Shown piece by piece: positions 36,741 through 47,285 of a DNA stretch of 64,000 nt (positions are counted from its first letter, which is position 1; every line of letters begins with the position of its first letter). A program made the position numbers and the translations under genes. Below the pieces are notes generated by a model. It saw nothing but the letters and a program-made list of their open reading frames with translations. It did not search any database and was not told where the DNA came from. This DNA comes from Candidatus Bathyarchaeota archaeon (lineage in GTDB: Archaea; Thermoproteota; Bathyarchaeia; TCS64): positions 359,819 through 423,818 of the forward strand of contig JAOZHO010000037.1 of the NCBI GenBank assembly GCA_026014875.1. The letters run 5' to 3'.

Positions 36741-39656
36741 ATGGTTGACTGGAAGCAGATCGAGGAGAAATGGAGAGGCAGGTGGGCCGAAGCGCATGTC
36801 TTCGAGTCCGACCCGGACCCTGGGAAGCCCAAGTACTACCTGACGGTGGCCTACCCCTACCCCAACTCGCCCCAGCACATCGGCCACGGCAGGACTTACA
36901 CCCTCACCGATGTTCACGCCCGGTACAGGAGGATGCAGGGCTACAACGTCCTCTTCCCCATGGCGTGGCACTTCACGGGGACCCCCGTCATCGCGATGGT
37001 AGACAGGCTCAAGATGAGAGACCCCGAGCTCCTCGACACCTTCCTCAACATATACAACGTCACCGAGGAGAGCCTCCATGAGCTGGAGACCCCCATCGGG
37101 ATGGCGAGCTATTTCGCCCAGGAGATCAAGGCCGGGATGCAGCTCATGGGGTTCAGCATCGACTGGCGCCGGGAGTTCACCACCGTCGACCCTTACTACG
37201 GCAAGTTCATCGAGTGGCAGTTCGCCAAGCTCCGGCAGAGGGGCTTCGTCATCCAGGGGAGCCACCCCGTGGGCTGGTGCCCCGGCTGCGGCAACCCCGT
37301 GGGGCAGCACGACACCGTGGGCGACGCAGAGCCCGAGATCGAGGAGTTCACCGTCCTCAAATTCAGAAGAGGCGACGTCGTCTACCCCGCTGCCACACTG
37401 AGGCCCGAGACCGTCTTCGGGGTCACCAACATGTGGCTCAACCCCGACACCCTCTACGTCCAGATCAAGGTGGACGGCGAGGACTGGCTCGTGAGCCCCG
37501 AGGCCGCGAACAAGCTAAAGTTCCTGGGGCGGGAGGTCGAGGTCGTCGACGAGATACTGGGAGCCAAGCTCATCGGGGGCACTTTAACGAACCCGATGAC
37601 TGAAGCCGAGATCCCCATACTGCCCGCAAGCTTCGTGGACCCCAAGAACGCCACAGGGGTCGTCATGTCGGTTCCAGCCCACGCCCCCTTCGACTATGTC
37701 GCCCTGGAGCAGCTGAAGAACGGGCCGAAGGAGGTCTTCGACCGCTTCGGACTGAGGCCGACCGAGATGGCCAAGCTCAAGCCCATCAGCCTCATCGAGC
37801 TCCCCGGCTGGGGGGAGAGCCCCGCCGTGGACATCGTCGAGAGGATGGGGATCACAGACCAGAACGATCCCCGGCTCGAGAAGGCGACCAAGGAGGTCTA
37901 CAGCCGGGAGTTCCATAACGGCAGGCTACGGGGGAACACCGGCCAGTATGCGAACCTCCAGGTGGAGAGGGCTAAGGACGCCGTCAAGGAGGACATGGTC
38001 GCTGATGGTAGGGCCACCACGATGTACGAGCTCATAGCGCCCGTGCAGTGCCGCTGCGGGAGCGACGTCCTCGTCAAGATATTCGAGAACCAGTGGTTCA
38101 TCGACTACGGGGACCAGTCCTGGAAAGAGCTGGCCCACGAGAACCTGGCGGGGATGGAGATCATACCCCGGGAGCTCCGCCGAGAGTATGTCAACGTCAT
38201 CGACTGGCTGGACCAGAAAGCCTGCGCCCGGAACGTGGGGATGGGCACCAAACTCCCCTGGGCGAAGGACTGGATCATCGAGAGCCTCAGCGACTCCACC
38301 ATCTACATGGCTTACTACACGGTCATCAAGGACATCAACAGGGTGAAACCCGAGGCGGATGCCCTCACCGAGGAGTTCTGGGACTACGTCTTCCTGGGGA
38401 AGGGCTCGGTAGAGGATGTCTCGGAGGCCACGAGCATCACAGTCGATGACTTGGAGGCCATCAGGGGCCAGTTCCAGTACTTTTACCCCCTGGATGCCCG
38501 GCATTCGGGGAGGGACCTGATCCCCAACCATCTGACGTTCATGGTCTTCAACCACGACGCCATCTTCCCCCGGGAGGACTGGCCTCAAGGCATATTCGTC
38601 AACGGGAGCGTCCTCATGGAGGGGCAGAAGATGAGCAAATCCATGAACAACATCATCCCCCTCGTCAACGCCATCGACAAGTTCAACACCGACCCCTTGA
38701 GGCTAGCGCTGATGATCACCGCGGAGCCCCTCAAGGACGCTGATTTCAGCCCCGATCTAGCGAAGTCGATGCAGAACAACCTTGAGAGGTTCTACTCCAG
38801 CGCGATGAGCATCGTCGGGGAGAAGACGGAGGGTGAGCCCGTGCTGACGGAGATAGACGAGTGGATGCTGAGCCGCCTCCAGTCCTATATCGTCGATGCG
38901 AACGAGGCGATGACCGAGCTAAAGGTGCGCAGGACCATCCACGCCGCCCTCTACAACCTCAACCAAGACCTGGACTGGTACAGCAAGAGGGTGAGCTCGA
39001 AGAGGGACCGCGCAGACAGGAAGAACGCCATCAACCACGTCCTCAAAAAAGTGGTGGACACCCAGGTGCGGCTGCTGACACCCTTCACCCCCCACCTCTG
39101 CGAGGAGATCTGGGAGGCCATGGGAAGAGAGGGATTCGTCGCGTTCGCCCCCTGGCCTACGCCTGAACCCGAGCTCGTCAAGCCCGAGGCCGAGGAGATG
39201 GAGCAGGGGATCAGGGACAGCCTGGAGGACGTCCAGAAGATCGTGAAGGTCACAGGCATCAAGCCCAGCAAGATCAGCTTCTACACCGCCACCTCGTGGA
39301 AATGGAAGGTCTACCTCAGGGCCTTGGAGCTGGCCAGGGAAGAGAAGCTGGACATAGGCACACTGATACGGGACGCCTTCAAGGACGACGAGATGAAGGT
39401 GCGGGCCAAGGAGGTCCCAGCCTTCGCCAGGGTCGTAGTCGAGGACGTCACCAAGACCCCCGCGGCCATCGTGGAGAGGAGGCTGGCGATGGGTCAGATC
39501 AACGAGTCCAACCTCATCGAGGACGCCTCGAGCTTCTTCGGGCAGGAGTTCGGATGCGAGGTCACCGTCGCCAACGAGAGCGACCCCTGGATCGAGGACC
39601 CCGCCAACAGGGCGAAAAGGTCGAAGCCCTACAGGCCTGCGATCTACGTCGAGTGA
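36741..39656 (+). CDS. leuS: Leucine--tRNA ligase (archaeal type)
   Basis: AYPYPN..HIGH, ATLRPET, GVVMSVPAHAP, KMSKS, C-terminal PYRPAIYVE. Confidence 0.97.
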   Translation: MVDWKQIEEKWRGRWAEAHVFESDPDPGKPKYYLTVAYPYPNSPQHIGHGRTYTLTDVHARYRRMQGYNVLFPMAWHFTGTPVIAMVDRLKMRDPELLDTFLNIYNVTEESLHELETPIGMASYFAQEIKAGMQLMGFSIDWRREFTTVDPYYGKFIEWQFAKLRQRGFVIQGSHPVGWCPGCGNPVGQHDTVGDAEPEIEEFTVLKFRRGDVVYPAATLRPETVFGVTNMWLNPDTLYVQIKVDGEDWLVSPEAANKLKFLGREVEVVDEILGAKLIGGTLTNPMTEAEIPILPASFVDPKNATGVVMSVPAHAPFDYVALEQLKNGPKEVFDRFGLRPTEMAKLKPISLIELPGWGESPAVDIVERMGITDQNDPRLEKATKEVYSREFHNGRLRGNTGQYANLQVERAKDAVKEDMVADGRATTMYELIAPVQCRCGSDVLVKIFENQWFIDYGDQSWKELAHENLAGMEIIPRELRREYVNVIDWLDQKACARNVGMGTKLPWAKDWIIESLSDSTIYMAYYTVIKDINRVKPEADALTEEFWDYVFLGKGSVEDVSEATSITVDDLEAIRGQFQYFYPLDARHSGRDLIPNHLTFMVFNHDAIFPREDWPQGIFVNGSVLMEGQKMSKSMNNIIPLVNAIDKFNTDPLRLALMITAEPLKDADFSPDLAKSMQNNLERFYSSAMSIVGEKTEGEPVLTEIDEWMLSRLQSYIVDANEAMTELKVRRTIHAALYNLNQDLDWYSKRVSSKRDRADRKNAINHVLKKVVDTQVRLLTPFTPHLCEEIWEAMGREGFVAFAPWPTPEPELVKPEAEEMEQGIRDSLEDVQKIVKVTGIKPSKISFYTATSWKWKVYLRALELAREEKLDIGTLIRDAFKDDEMKVRAKEVPAFARVVVEDVTKTPAAIVERRLAMGQINESNLIEDASSFFGQEFGCEVTVANESDPWIEDPANRAKRSKPYRPAIYVE

Positions 39657-39702
39657 CCTTCTCCCCCCTTCTTTGTTTAGAAAAGGGGTCAAAGTCCTAG
39701 GT

Positions 39703-40110
39703 CTAATTATCATAGGTCGGGAGCCTGAGCAGGTACCGCGTTACAAGGATAGCGGTTCCGAACATCACCACCCGGACCGGGAGGCTATCCACGTAAAAGA
39801 TCGCCGAGATAGTGATCACGATCCACATGAGGCTGATGGCCCTGATCTTCGTCGCCTTGCGCAGTCCCTGGCCGGCTTGATAGGTCCTTATCGTCTCCCC
39901 GAACCACTTGCTCTCCAGGAGCCGCCCGTGGAGCCTCTCGGATCCCCTCATGTAGCAGGCCGCAGCCAGGAGAACCAGGGGCGTGGTGGGTATAACGGGC
40001 AGGAATAAGCCTAGGAAACCGAGAGCCAGGGCGATGGTTCCCATCACCACGAAGAATCCCTTCTTCATACGAAAAGAGAAGCCCCCATCCACGGCATCGG
40101 TTCCCGACAT
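39703..40110 (-). CDS. YbaN/DUF454 family membrane protein
   Basis: LG.FLPVIPTTPLVLLAAACY.RGSERLH. Confidence 0.88.
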   Translation of the reverse strand: MSGTDAVDGGFSFRMKKGFFVVMGTIALALGFLGLFLPVIPTTPLVLLAAACYMRGSERLHGRLLESKWFGETIRTYQAGQGLRKATKIRAISLMWIVITISAIFYVDSLPVRVVMFGTAILVTRYLLRLPTYDN

Positions 40111-40128
40111 ATGTTCTCTACCCGGCAT

Positions 40129-40239
40129 CTAGGTTACGCTACTCGATTCCCGCTTCTCCTTGGCAATAGCCGAGAACGAGGCTCGCCCGTCCTCCTGGAG
40201 AATCTTGAGGAGGCCTAGGTCATTCTCGCTCCGCGCCAC
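40129..40239 (-). pseudogene. Truncated Lrp/AsnC HTH remnant
   Basis: MARSENDLGLLKILQEDGRASFSAIAKE, then the frame degenerates and stops. Confidence 0.6.
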
Positions 40240-40364
40240 CGTGAACTACCCCTGCAGCATGAAGGCATGCGACTGCCCGAATTTAAGATAGTTCAGATTT
40301 TCGCCTAACCAAATGAGACGGTGAAATGAACACCTTCGACACGCAATAGTGTACTGAAGACGGC

Positions 40365-41546
40365 TTAGAGGAGGTAGAGGGTGCGATCGGTCCGGGTGAG
40401 GAGCTCAAACCCATCCGAGGTCACCAGTATCGTGTCCTCCAGCTGGATCCCGCCCCAACCCAACTCCAGCACAGGGATATCGACGTTGACGACCATCCCC
40501 TCGAGGAGCTCATCCTCCCCCGTCTTCGATATCACGGGCCTCTCGTTGCACTCGATCCCGAGGCCGTGCCCCATCGTCGAAGAGTTCCGGCCTACCTCGG
40601 CATTCGCGAGCTCTTTCTCAGCCGCCGCGTATATCTCTGACACCTTCGCCCCGGGCTGTACAGCATCCAAAGCTGCGTCTTGGGCGGCGATGATCGCCTC
40701 CCACCGCCTTTCGGCCTTTGCGAGGGGCCTGCCGATGACTGCGGTCCTGGAGACGTTGGAGTGATAGTGATCCCACGTGCACCCCAGGGTGAGGCGGACC
40801 AGGTCCCGCTTCTTGGCCTCGTACATCGTGGGGAGGGGGTTGGGGTAGGCGCTCCGCTCCCGGAAGCCGATGAGGTTCTGGGTGACCCGCCCCCCATCGT
40901 AGGCCACGGAGTAGCCGTACATCCCGGCGAGGTCGAGCTCGGTGATCCCGTCCCTGGCGATCTCCAGGGCGTCCTCCATCGATTTCTCGGTGATCGCCGT
41001 GGCCCTCTTGATCCTCTCGACCTCCCCCTCGGTCTTGACGAGCCTTATCTCCCTCAGGAGGTTGGCTCCGTCGACGAGCTCCGCCCCCTGGAGCTTAGAC
41101 TTGAGTTGCTCGTATTGGGCCGGGCTCAGGCCCGACGTGTCAAGGGCGATCTTCGCCCCGGCGAGCCCCTTGTCCTCGACGGCCTTGAGGAGGGCGCTGG
41201 CTCCGTCAGCCTCAGGGCTCGCGGAGCTGTACAAACCCATGATGAGCGCCGTCTCCTCCGGGGGGTCCCCGGGTTCCCCCAGGCCGACCCCGGACTCTCC
41301 GTAGAACCGTATATCCCCGATCCAGGTCTGGTTCTCGACGAGGAGGTCCGCCTCGTTCAAGGGCGCGACTATCGCGGGGCTATCCTCGAGGGGGAGAATC
41401 GCGTAGGCCTCGACTCCGCAGCCGAGGCTCTTCCCCAGGCTCCAGTAGTTGGAGATATAGAAGACGTTCTCCGTGGATGTTGCGATGAGGGCGTCTAATC
41501 CCTCTCTCTGCAGGACCTCGAAGGCCCGTTCACCGTTAAGGGGCAT
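40365..41546 (-). CDS. M24 (Xaa-Pro peptidase/creatinase) family protein with altered metal ligands
   Basis: Creatinase N-domain (GLDALI..ENVFY), RLVKT..E, GHGLG, GIQLEDTILVT. Confidence 0.85.
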   Translation of the reverse strand: MPLNGERAFEVLQREGLDALIATSTENVFYISNYWSLGKSLGCGVEAYAILPLEDSPAIVAPLNEADLLVENQTWIGDIRFYGESGVGLGEPGDPPEETALIMGLYSSASPEADGASALLKAVEDKGLAGAKIALDTSGLSPAQYEQLKSKLQGAELVDGANLLREIRLVKTEGEVERIKRATAITEKSMEDALEIARDGITELDLAGMYGYSVAYDGGRVTQNLIGFRERSAYPNPLPTMYEAKKRDLVRLTLGCTWDHYHSNVSRTAVIGRPLAKAERRWEAIIAAQDAALDAVQPGAKVSEIYAAAEKELANAEVGRNSSTMGHGLGIECNERPVISKTGEDELLEGMVVNVDIPVLELGWGGIQLEDTILVTSDGFELLTRTDRTLYLL

Positions 41547-41685
41547 GCTGGACGGGTTATGGTTGTATGATCTGTTTTTAAGATAAATGGATTCGAAAAT
41601 CAGTTGAACCGCTGCGCCTGCCCTGGGGAGGGCGTGGAACGTTTAAACTCCGGGGAGTGCATCACAGGGAGAGGAGGACGCGGGG

Positions 41686-42414
41686 ATGGCGAGGCGGAGA
41701 CGGGGCTACAGGAGAGGCTATCCCGTGGCGGTCCTCATCGGCTTCGACCGGGATCGAGCCGCCCTTTGGAGGGTCTACAGCCAAGTCGTCAAGACGCATT
41801 CCACGATCGAGGCTCCGCGAGGAGGCAAGAGGGAGCTCTACAACTTCCATGAGGCCGTCGTGGACGCCCTGAGGCCCATCCTGAAGGAGGGGGTGGGAAG
41901 CGTCGTCATCGCGGCCCCCGCGAGGACAAGCCACGTGAAGGGGTTCCTCGACCACGTCGCTAAGCACCAGCCATGGATGACGAGGGGCTCCGGGTCCGCC
42001 ACATTCACCGGGATCGTGGGCTCGGCCACCACCCAGGAAGAGGTCTCCGCTCTGGTCAGGACGGGGGAGGTTCAGAGAGCCATCGGGACATCGGCGGCGG
42101 GGGAAGCCGATCGAATAAAGGGCCTACTGGAGAGTCGCCTCGCGCGGGAGGATGCGGGTCCAATCCTGTACTCCCTGTACGAGATCGAGGGATTGATCTT
42201 CGAGCAGAGGGTAAAGGGGAGACCTGAACCCGAGCACCTGATCCTCACGGACAGGTTTCTGGCGGCTCACAGGAGGAGAGCCCAGAGGCTCATGGAGGCC
42301 TCGAGGAGCAGAGGGGTCAGGGCACACGTCGTCGGCGTCAAGACCGCGGCCGGTCAGCGGGTGGAGCAGCTGGGGGGGATGGTCCTCCTCGCCAGGCCCG
42401 GGGTCGATCGCTGA
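41686..42414 (+). CDS. Pelota/aRF1 domain 2-3-like protein lacking N-terminal domain
   Basis: SVVIAAP, ILYSLYEI, LILTDRFL, AGQRVEQLGGMVLLAR resemble the Pelota middle and C domains. Confidence 0.6.
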   Translation: MARRRRGYRRGYPVAVLIGFDRDRAALWRVYSQVVKTHSTIEAPRGGKRELYNFHEAVVDALRPILKEGVGSVVIAAPARTSHVKGFLDHVAKHQPWMTRGSGSATFTGIVGSATTQEEVSALVRTGEVQRAIGTSAAGEADRIKGLLESRLAREDAGPILYSLYEIEGLIFEQRVKGRPEPEHLILTDRFLAAHRRRAQRLMEASRSRGVRAHVVGVKTAAGQRVEQLGGMVLLARPGVDR

Positions 42415-42445
42415 TTTCTTTAGCTGATATGCGCAACGCTAGGAC

Positions 42446-43621
42446 ATGGCAGATTCGCTCAAAGAGAAGGTTTCCAAGGAGATCGACGCCCGCCGGGAGA
42501 GGCTGATCGAGGTCAGCATGGCGATCCACGACGAGCCCGAGCTGGGCCATCAGGAGTTCAAGGCCTCGGCGCTCCTAGCCTCCGAGCTCGAAGGGCTAGG
42601 CTTTGAGGTCGAGAAGGGGACCTCGGGGCTCTCCACCGCATTCAAGGCGGTTCGCAGGGGCAAGGGGGAGGGCCCCACGGTCGCGATCATCGCGGAGTAC
42701 GACGCGCTCCCCGAGCTGGGCCACGCCTGCGGTCACAACATCATAGCGGCGTCCGCTCTGGGCGCAGGTGCGGGAATGAGCGCGGTCATGGACGAACTGG
42801 ATGGGACGGTCATCGTCTTCGGGACCCCCGCGGAGGAGGGTTACGCGGAGAACGCCGGGGGCAAGGTATTGATGATCGATGAGATAACGGCGGCTGACGT
42901 CGCGATCATGATCCACCCGTCATCCAAGTATGGGGTGGGCGCTACATCCCTGGCCCGGGAGTCATTCATGATCTCTTTCAAGGGGAAGGCCGCTCATGCA
43001 GGGGCCATCCCCGAGAGGGGCATCAACGCTCTTGAGGGTGTCCTCCTGACGTACCAGGGGATCAACGCCCTCCGGCAGCATCTCATGAGGGACATAAGGA
43101 TCCACGGGGTGATCAGGGATGGTGGAGCGGCCCCCAACATCGTGCCCGAGACGGCCTCCGCCCACTTCTATGTCAGGGCACCGACCCTGGAGCTCCTCAA
43201 GGAGATCCTGGAGAAGGTGAAGAACTGCGCCCGGGGCGCGGCCCTCGCCACAGGGGCGGAGGTGAGCTTCAGGCAGGTCGCGAACACCTACGCCAATAAA
43301 GTCCCCAACATGAGCCTCGGGGAGGCGTTCAAGGCTAACCTCGAGGCGCTCGGAGCCGTGTTTCCTGAGGCGGCTTCCGAGAGGCCTGGGGCCTCCACCG
43401 ACTTTGGTACGGTGAGCCAAGCTATGCCCGCCGCTACCGCCTCCGTCTTCATCGGGGAGAATGTAGCCCTACACTCATACGAGGCCACGGAGGTCACCGC
43501 GTCTGAGACAGCTCATGAGGCGGTGATGATCAGTGCGAAGGGTCTAGCCCATACCGCCATAGACGTTCTCACCGACGCAGATCTCCTCCGGAGGATCAAG
43601 GAAGAGCATTCGAGCCGCTGA
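42446..43621 (+). CDS. M20 family amidohydrolase (Acy1L2/AbgB-like)
   Basis: PELGHQE, AEYDALP..GHACGHN, GTPAEEG, ASTDFG. Confidence 0.93.
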   Translation: MADSLKEKVSKEIDARRERLIEVSMAIHDEPELGHQEFKASALLASELEGLGFEVEKGTSGLSTAFKAVRRGKGEGPTVAIIAEYDALPELGHACGHNIIAASALGAGAGMSAVMDELDGTVIVFGTPAEEGYAENAGGKVLMIDEITAADVAIMIHPSSKYGVGATSLARESFMISFKGKAAHAGAIPERGINALEGVLLTYQGINALRQHLMRDIRIHGVIRDGGAAPNIVPETASAHFYVRAPTLELLKEILEKVKNCARGAALATGAEVSFRQVANTYANKVPNMSLGEAFKANLEALGAVFPEAASERPGASTDFGTVSQAMPAATASVFIGENVALHSYEATEVTASETAHEAVMISAKGLAHTAIDVLTDADLLRRIKEEHSSR

Positions 43622-43646
43622 GACCAGGTGGGAGGGAGATTCCTCC

Positions 43647-44120
43647 CTATTCTTTAGGCTGGGTAACGACAAAAAGGCAGTGGGGATCGTCGGTCGTGAG
43701 GATCTCCGGCAGCTGCACGTCGAGGTCCGGCCTGTACTCCTGCCAGAAGGCGTGGTGGAAGTACTGGCAGTACCTCTTCCCCACGTCGACGCAGCCTCGC
43801 TCCCTCCACTGCTCCTGGAAGGGGCACCGGTAGGTGTAGGAGACGAGCTTGTCGTCCTCGAAGACCGTCCTCGTCTTCTCGGTCCCCGAGTGCCCGGGGA
43901 GGTCATAGTGCTCGAAGAGGGATCTCAGGTTGACGGGGAGGCCCTGCTCTTGATGCCTCTTCCTCAACCGCTCGCCCCTGGCTCTCCCGTACTCCTTGAC
44001 GGCCCGAATGAGGGCCTCTTCCCCCTTCTCGCCGAAGCTGTCCACCATCTCCCGGGCGAAGACGCAGTACATGAGGGCCCAGAGGTCCCCGAACTCGTCG
44101 ATGTCCTCCTGAGTGACCAT
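43647..44120 (-). CDS. L-2-amino-thiazoline-4-carboxylate hydrolase-like (V4R-related) protein
   Basis: FGEKGEE..RAV..YG..RG, CPF...W, YC, D..C.F; ATG at 44120. Confidence 0.75.
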   Translation of the reverse strand: MVTQEDIDEFGDLWALMYCVFAREMVDSFGEKGEEALIRAVKEYGRARGERLRKRHQEQGLPVNLRSLFEHYDLPGHSGTEKTRTVFEDDKLVSYTYRCPFQEQWRERGCVDVGKRYCQYFHHAFWQEYRPDLDVQLPEILTTDDPHCLFVVTQPKE

Positions 44121-44435
44121 GGAAACCACGAAACAACTGAGGCCCCACCACGTTAAAACATCTGCTTGAGGGGCCCGTTGTGCGCGCGATGGTGGACGTC
44201 CACGCAATGGTCGATGCTGGAGACCTAGGCATATCACTTTCGACACGGAGGGGAACGGCGTCTATGCCTCGACTGGCCAAGAACCACACTACAACCACAT
44301 GAACATGAAGGGCGAGGAGAAGGCGCTTAGGAGGATATGGGTCAAGCCTTAGACCCTAGCTGCAACAGTCATCCGACTCGTGATTCGCTGAAATGCTTAA
44401 AGGCTTGGAGCCAGATACCGGGCGGGAGTGATGGG

Positions 44436-45671
44436 ATGACTTCTTCGGAGGAGCTCGAGAAGAAGGGGCTGGTTTACAGAATCTCAGCCATCTCGGCCCT
44501 CAGGGGCGCCGTCTTCAACGCCTGGAGAGTCGTCTGGCAGCCCTTCGTCTTGAGCCTCGGGGTCTCCATGAGCTGGCTAGGTGGCCTCGAGAGCTTCCTA
44601 GACCTCACGAGAATCGCGGTGATGCCCCTCTTCGGCAAAGCCGCTGACGCACACGGGAGGCGGAGATTCATCGTCGCCCGGGAGATACTCACCCTGGCAG
44701 CGGCGGTTCTCTACGTCTACGCCGGGTCCTGGCGGTTCATCTTCCTGGGGGTAATGCTCACGGGCCTCTCATTGGCCATCTATCCCATCTGGAACACCGT
44801 GATCGCCGAGTCGTCGGAAGGGAGAGAACTCGGATACACATACAGCATCGTGGGCACCATAACTCTGGGGCTCAGCCTCGTCGCCACCCTCGCGGCCGGG
44901 TACGTCGCCAGCGCCTACGGCTTCAGAACAGTATTCACGGGGGCGGCGGTGCTTGCTCTGCTCGCGTTCCTCTTGGTGGTGATGAGGCTGCCCGAGACCC
45001 TGCCCCCGGAAAAGAAGGGCTCCGTTAACTGGAGAGAGCTCACCGGGTCTTTCGTAGAGACATTAAGGCCCCCTCGCTACCTCTGGGGCTTCTACATCGC
45101 GATGTCCGTGGACCTCTTCGCATTCAACCTCGGCTACAGGCTCCTCAACGGGATGCTCGCTAGTGAATATGGGTACACCCCCGCCATGCTGGGGCTGATA
45201 TCCGCAGCGACCATCGGGGCAACGGCGATCGCCCAGATCCCCTTGGGGAGGCTCGTGGACAGGATCGGCTACGTCAAGTTTCTGATCATCTCCCAGCTCA
45301 TCGCGTGCGTTGTCCTCGCCACATTTGTCGTCTCGAAGAGCTTCCTAGCAGTCGTCGCCGCCCAGATCGCCCTGGGTGTGTCGGCCGCCTTCTGGACCCC
45401 CGCGGAACAGGCATGGATCGCCGTAAACGTTGACCCTGAGAGGAGGGCTCAGGCAATCGGGGGGTTCTCGACCTTCAGGGGGCTCATCGCCTTCCCCGCG
45501 CCCTTCATTGGGGGGCTCCTCTTCGACGCTTACGGCTTCGATGTCCCCATCCTCATCAACTTGGGCATCGCATTGATCGACGTTATCCTCATCTACGTGC
45601 TCGTGAAGGAAAGAGTCCGGCCGGACGCGGCAGCGGGAGCACCGGAAACACAAGGTGAATCCATCCTCTAG
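44436..45671 (+). CDS. MFS transporter
   Basis: GKAADAHGRR and GRLVDRIG motif-A, about 12 TM segments. Confidence 0.88.
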   Translation: MTSSEELEKKGLVYRISAISALRGAVFNAWRVVWQPFVLSLGVSMSWLGGLESFLDLTRIAVMPLFGKAADAHGRRRFIVAREILTLAAAVLYVYAGSWRFIFLGVMLTGLSLAIYPIWNTVIAESSEGRELGYTYSIVGTITLGLSLVATLAAGYVASAYGFRTVFTGAAVLALLAFLLVVMRLPETLPPEKKGSVNWRELTGSFVETLRPPRYLWGFYIAMSVDLFAFNLGYRLLNGMLASEYGYTPAMLGLISAATIGATAIAQIPLGRLVDRIGYVKFLIISQLIACVVLATFVVSKSFLAVVAAQIALGVSAAFWTPAEQAWIAVNVDPERRAQAIGGFSTFRGLIAFPAPFIGGLLFDAYGFDVPILINLGIALIDVILIYVLVKERVRPDAAAGAPETQGESIL

Positions 45672-45714
45672 CCTAAATATCACCTGAGACAGGGTCAGGC
45701 TGAGAGGATTCAGT

Positions 45715-47199
45715 ATGAGGATAGCGGTCGTGAGCTACTCCCACGAGACCTGCACCTTCTGCCCAGAGATCGGCACCCTGGAGCTCTGGGAGAAAGGCGG
45801 CATCAAGTACGGCGACGAGAGCATCGTCACGGAGGGAGAGGGAAAGGGCTACATCACGGGCTACAAGGAGGTGGCCGAGACAGAGGAGGACGTGGAGCTC
45901 GTAGGCATCATCAGGACGAGCTGGCCCGCTACCACCGGCTACGGGAGCTGGAACACCACGGAGTCCTTCGACGTCATCTCCGGGAGGATCGTGGACCGCC
46001 TCGCGGACGCCGGGGAGCTCGACGGGGTCCTCCTAGCGCTCCACGGGGCCATGGCGGTCACGGGTATCCCCCGACCCGAAGCCGAGCTGGCCCGGAGGGT
46101 GAGGAAGGTCGTGGGGGATATCCCCATCATGGTCACCCTGGATCTCCACGCCAACGAGGACATCGAGCTCGCCAACGCAGTCGACGGGGTCTTCATACTC
46201 AAGACCTATCCCCACCTTGATGCCCATGAGACCGGCGTGATAGCTGCACGGTGCATGGTGGAGACAGTCAGGGGCGGGTTCAACCCCACGATGGCCCACA
46301 GGAGGCCCGGCATCGTCTGCGCCAGCGTCTTCCAGGCCTCGGAGTACCACCCCATGAAGGCGGTCTACGACCGCTGCAGGGAGTGGGAGGCGAAGGGGGT
46401 CTACTGCGCCTCCGTGGCCCCCGGCTACGCCTACTCCGATGTCCCCGACGTGGGGGTCTCGGTGTTCGTCGTCGCCGACGGAAACCGGGCCCTGGCGGAG
46501 GAGGCCGCCCAGGACCTCTCCGATCTCGTCTGGAGCTTCAGGGAGGATCTCACCCGGGGCCTGCCCAAGGCTGAGGAGGGGGTCGCGGCTGTCATCGAGA
46601 TGGTGGGGAAGGGTGAGAAGCCCGTGGTCATCGCCTATCATGATGACCGCCTCGGGGATGGCACCCACATACTCAAGGAGCTCATCAACCAGGGCGCCAA
46701 GAACTGGTGCTCCACCGGGATCGCGGATCCCAAGACCCTGGAGAGGCTCAAAAAGAAGAACAGGGTGGGGGAAATGGTGAAGGTGACCATCGGGGGATGG
46801 CTCCACGAGATCTCCGGGGAGCCCGCGACCATCATAGGCAGGATCGAGCACCTGGGCCCGGCGGAATGGGTCGAAACCGGTCCCATGAGGAGGGGGGCCC
46901 AGCAGAAGATCGACTTCATCGCGAGCCTCGACATCGGGGAGAACAGGCACGTCATCATCACTGAGCGGCTCTATGCCCCCATGAGCGCCGATCCCCTCAA
47001 GGCCATAGGCATCGACGTGAACAGCCTCGATATCGTCGAGCTCAAGAGCCGGGTCCATCACAAGGCCTACTGGGACACGTGGTCGGCGGTCGACTATCCG
47101 ATTGATCCTCCCGGATTGGGCCCTGCGGATCTGAGCACCTTGGACTACGAGAACTTGCCCTGGGGCATCTACCCCGTCGGGGAGAAGTGGGAAAAGTAG
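45715..47199 (+). CDS. M81 (MlrC-like) metallopeptidase
   Basis: HETCTF, LALHGAM, LDLHAN, YPHLD, LKSRVH. Confidence 0.9.
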   Translation: MRIAVVSYSHETCTFCPEIGTLELWEKGGIKYGDESIVTEGEGKGYITGYKEVAETEEDVELVGIIRTSWPATTGYGSWNTTESFDVISGRIVDRLADAGELDGVLLALHGAMAVTGIPRPEAELARRVRKVVGDIPIMVTLDLHANEDIELANAVDGVFILKTYPHLDAHETGVIAARCMVETVRGGFNPTMAHRRPGIVCASVFQASEYHPMKAVYDRCREWEAKGVYCASVAPGYAYSDVPDVGVSVFVVADGNRALAEEAAQDLSDLVWSFREDLTRGLPKAEEGVAAVIEMVGKGEKPVVIAYHDDRLGDGTHILKELINQGAKNWCSTGIADPKTLERLKKKNRVGEMVKVTIGGWLHEISGEPATIIGRIEHLGPAEWVETGPMRRGAQQKIDFIASLDIGENRHVIITERLYAPMSADPLKAIGIDVNSLDIVELKSRVHHKAYWDTWSAVDYPIDPPGLGPADLSTLDYENLPWGIYPVGEKWEK

Positions 47200-47285
47200 A
47201 TCCAGTTTCCTCCACCTTTTTTTCGGAGGATACAACCTGTGAATAGTCGTCTGCCTATCCAAAGATGCCAAGAGACGCTTCGGGC

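Noticed and set aside
44180-44351. Possible small gene between ATC-hydrolase-like gene and MFS
   Set aside because: Short frames with no recognisable motif; cannot be supported.
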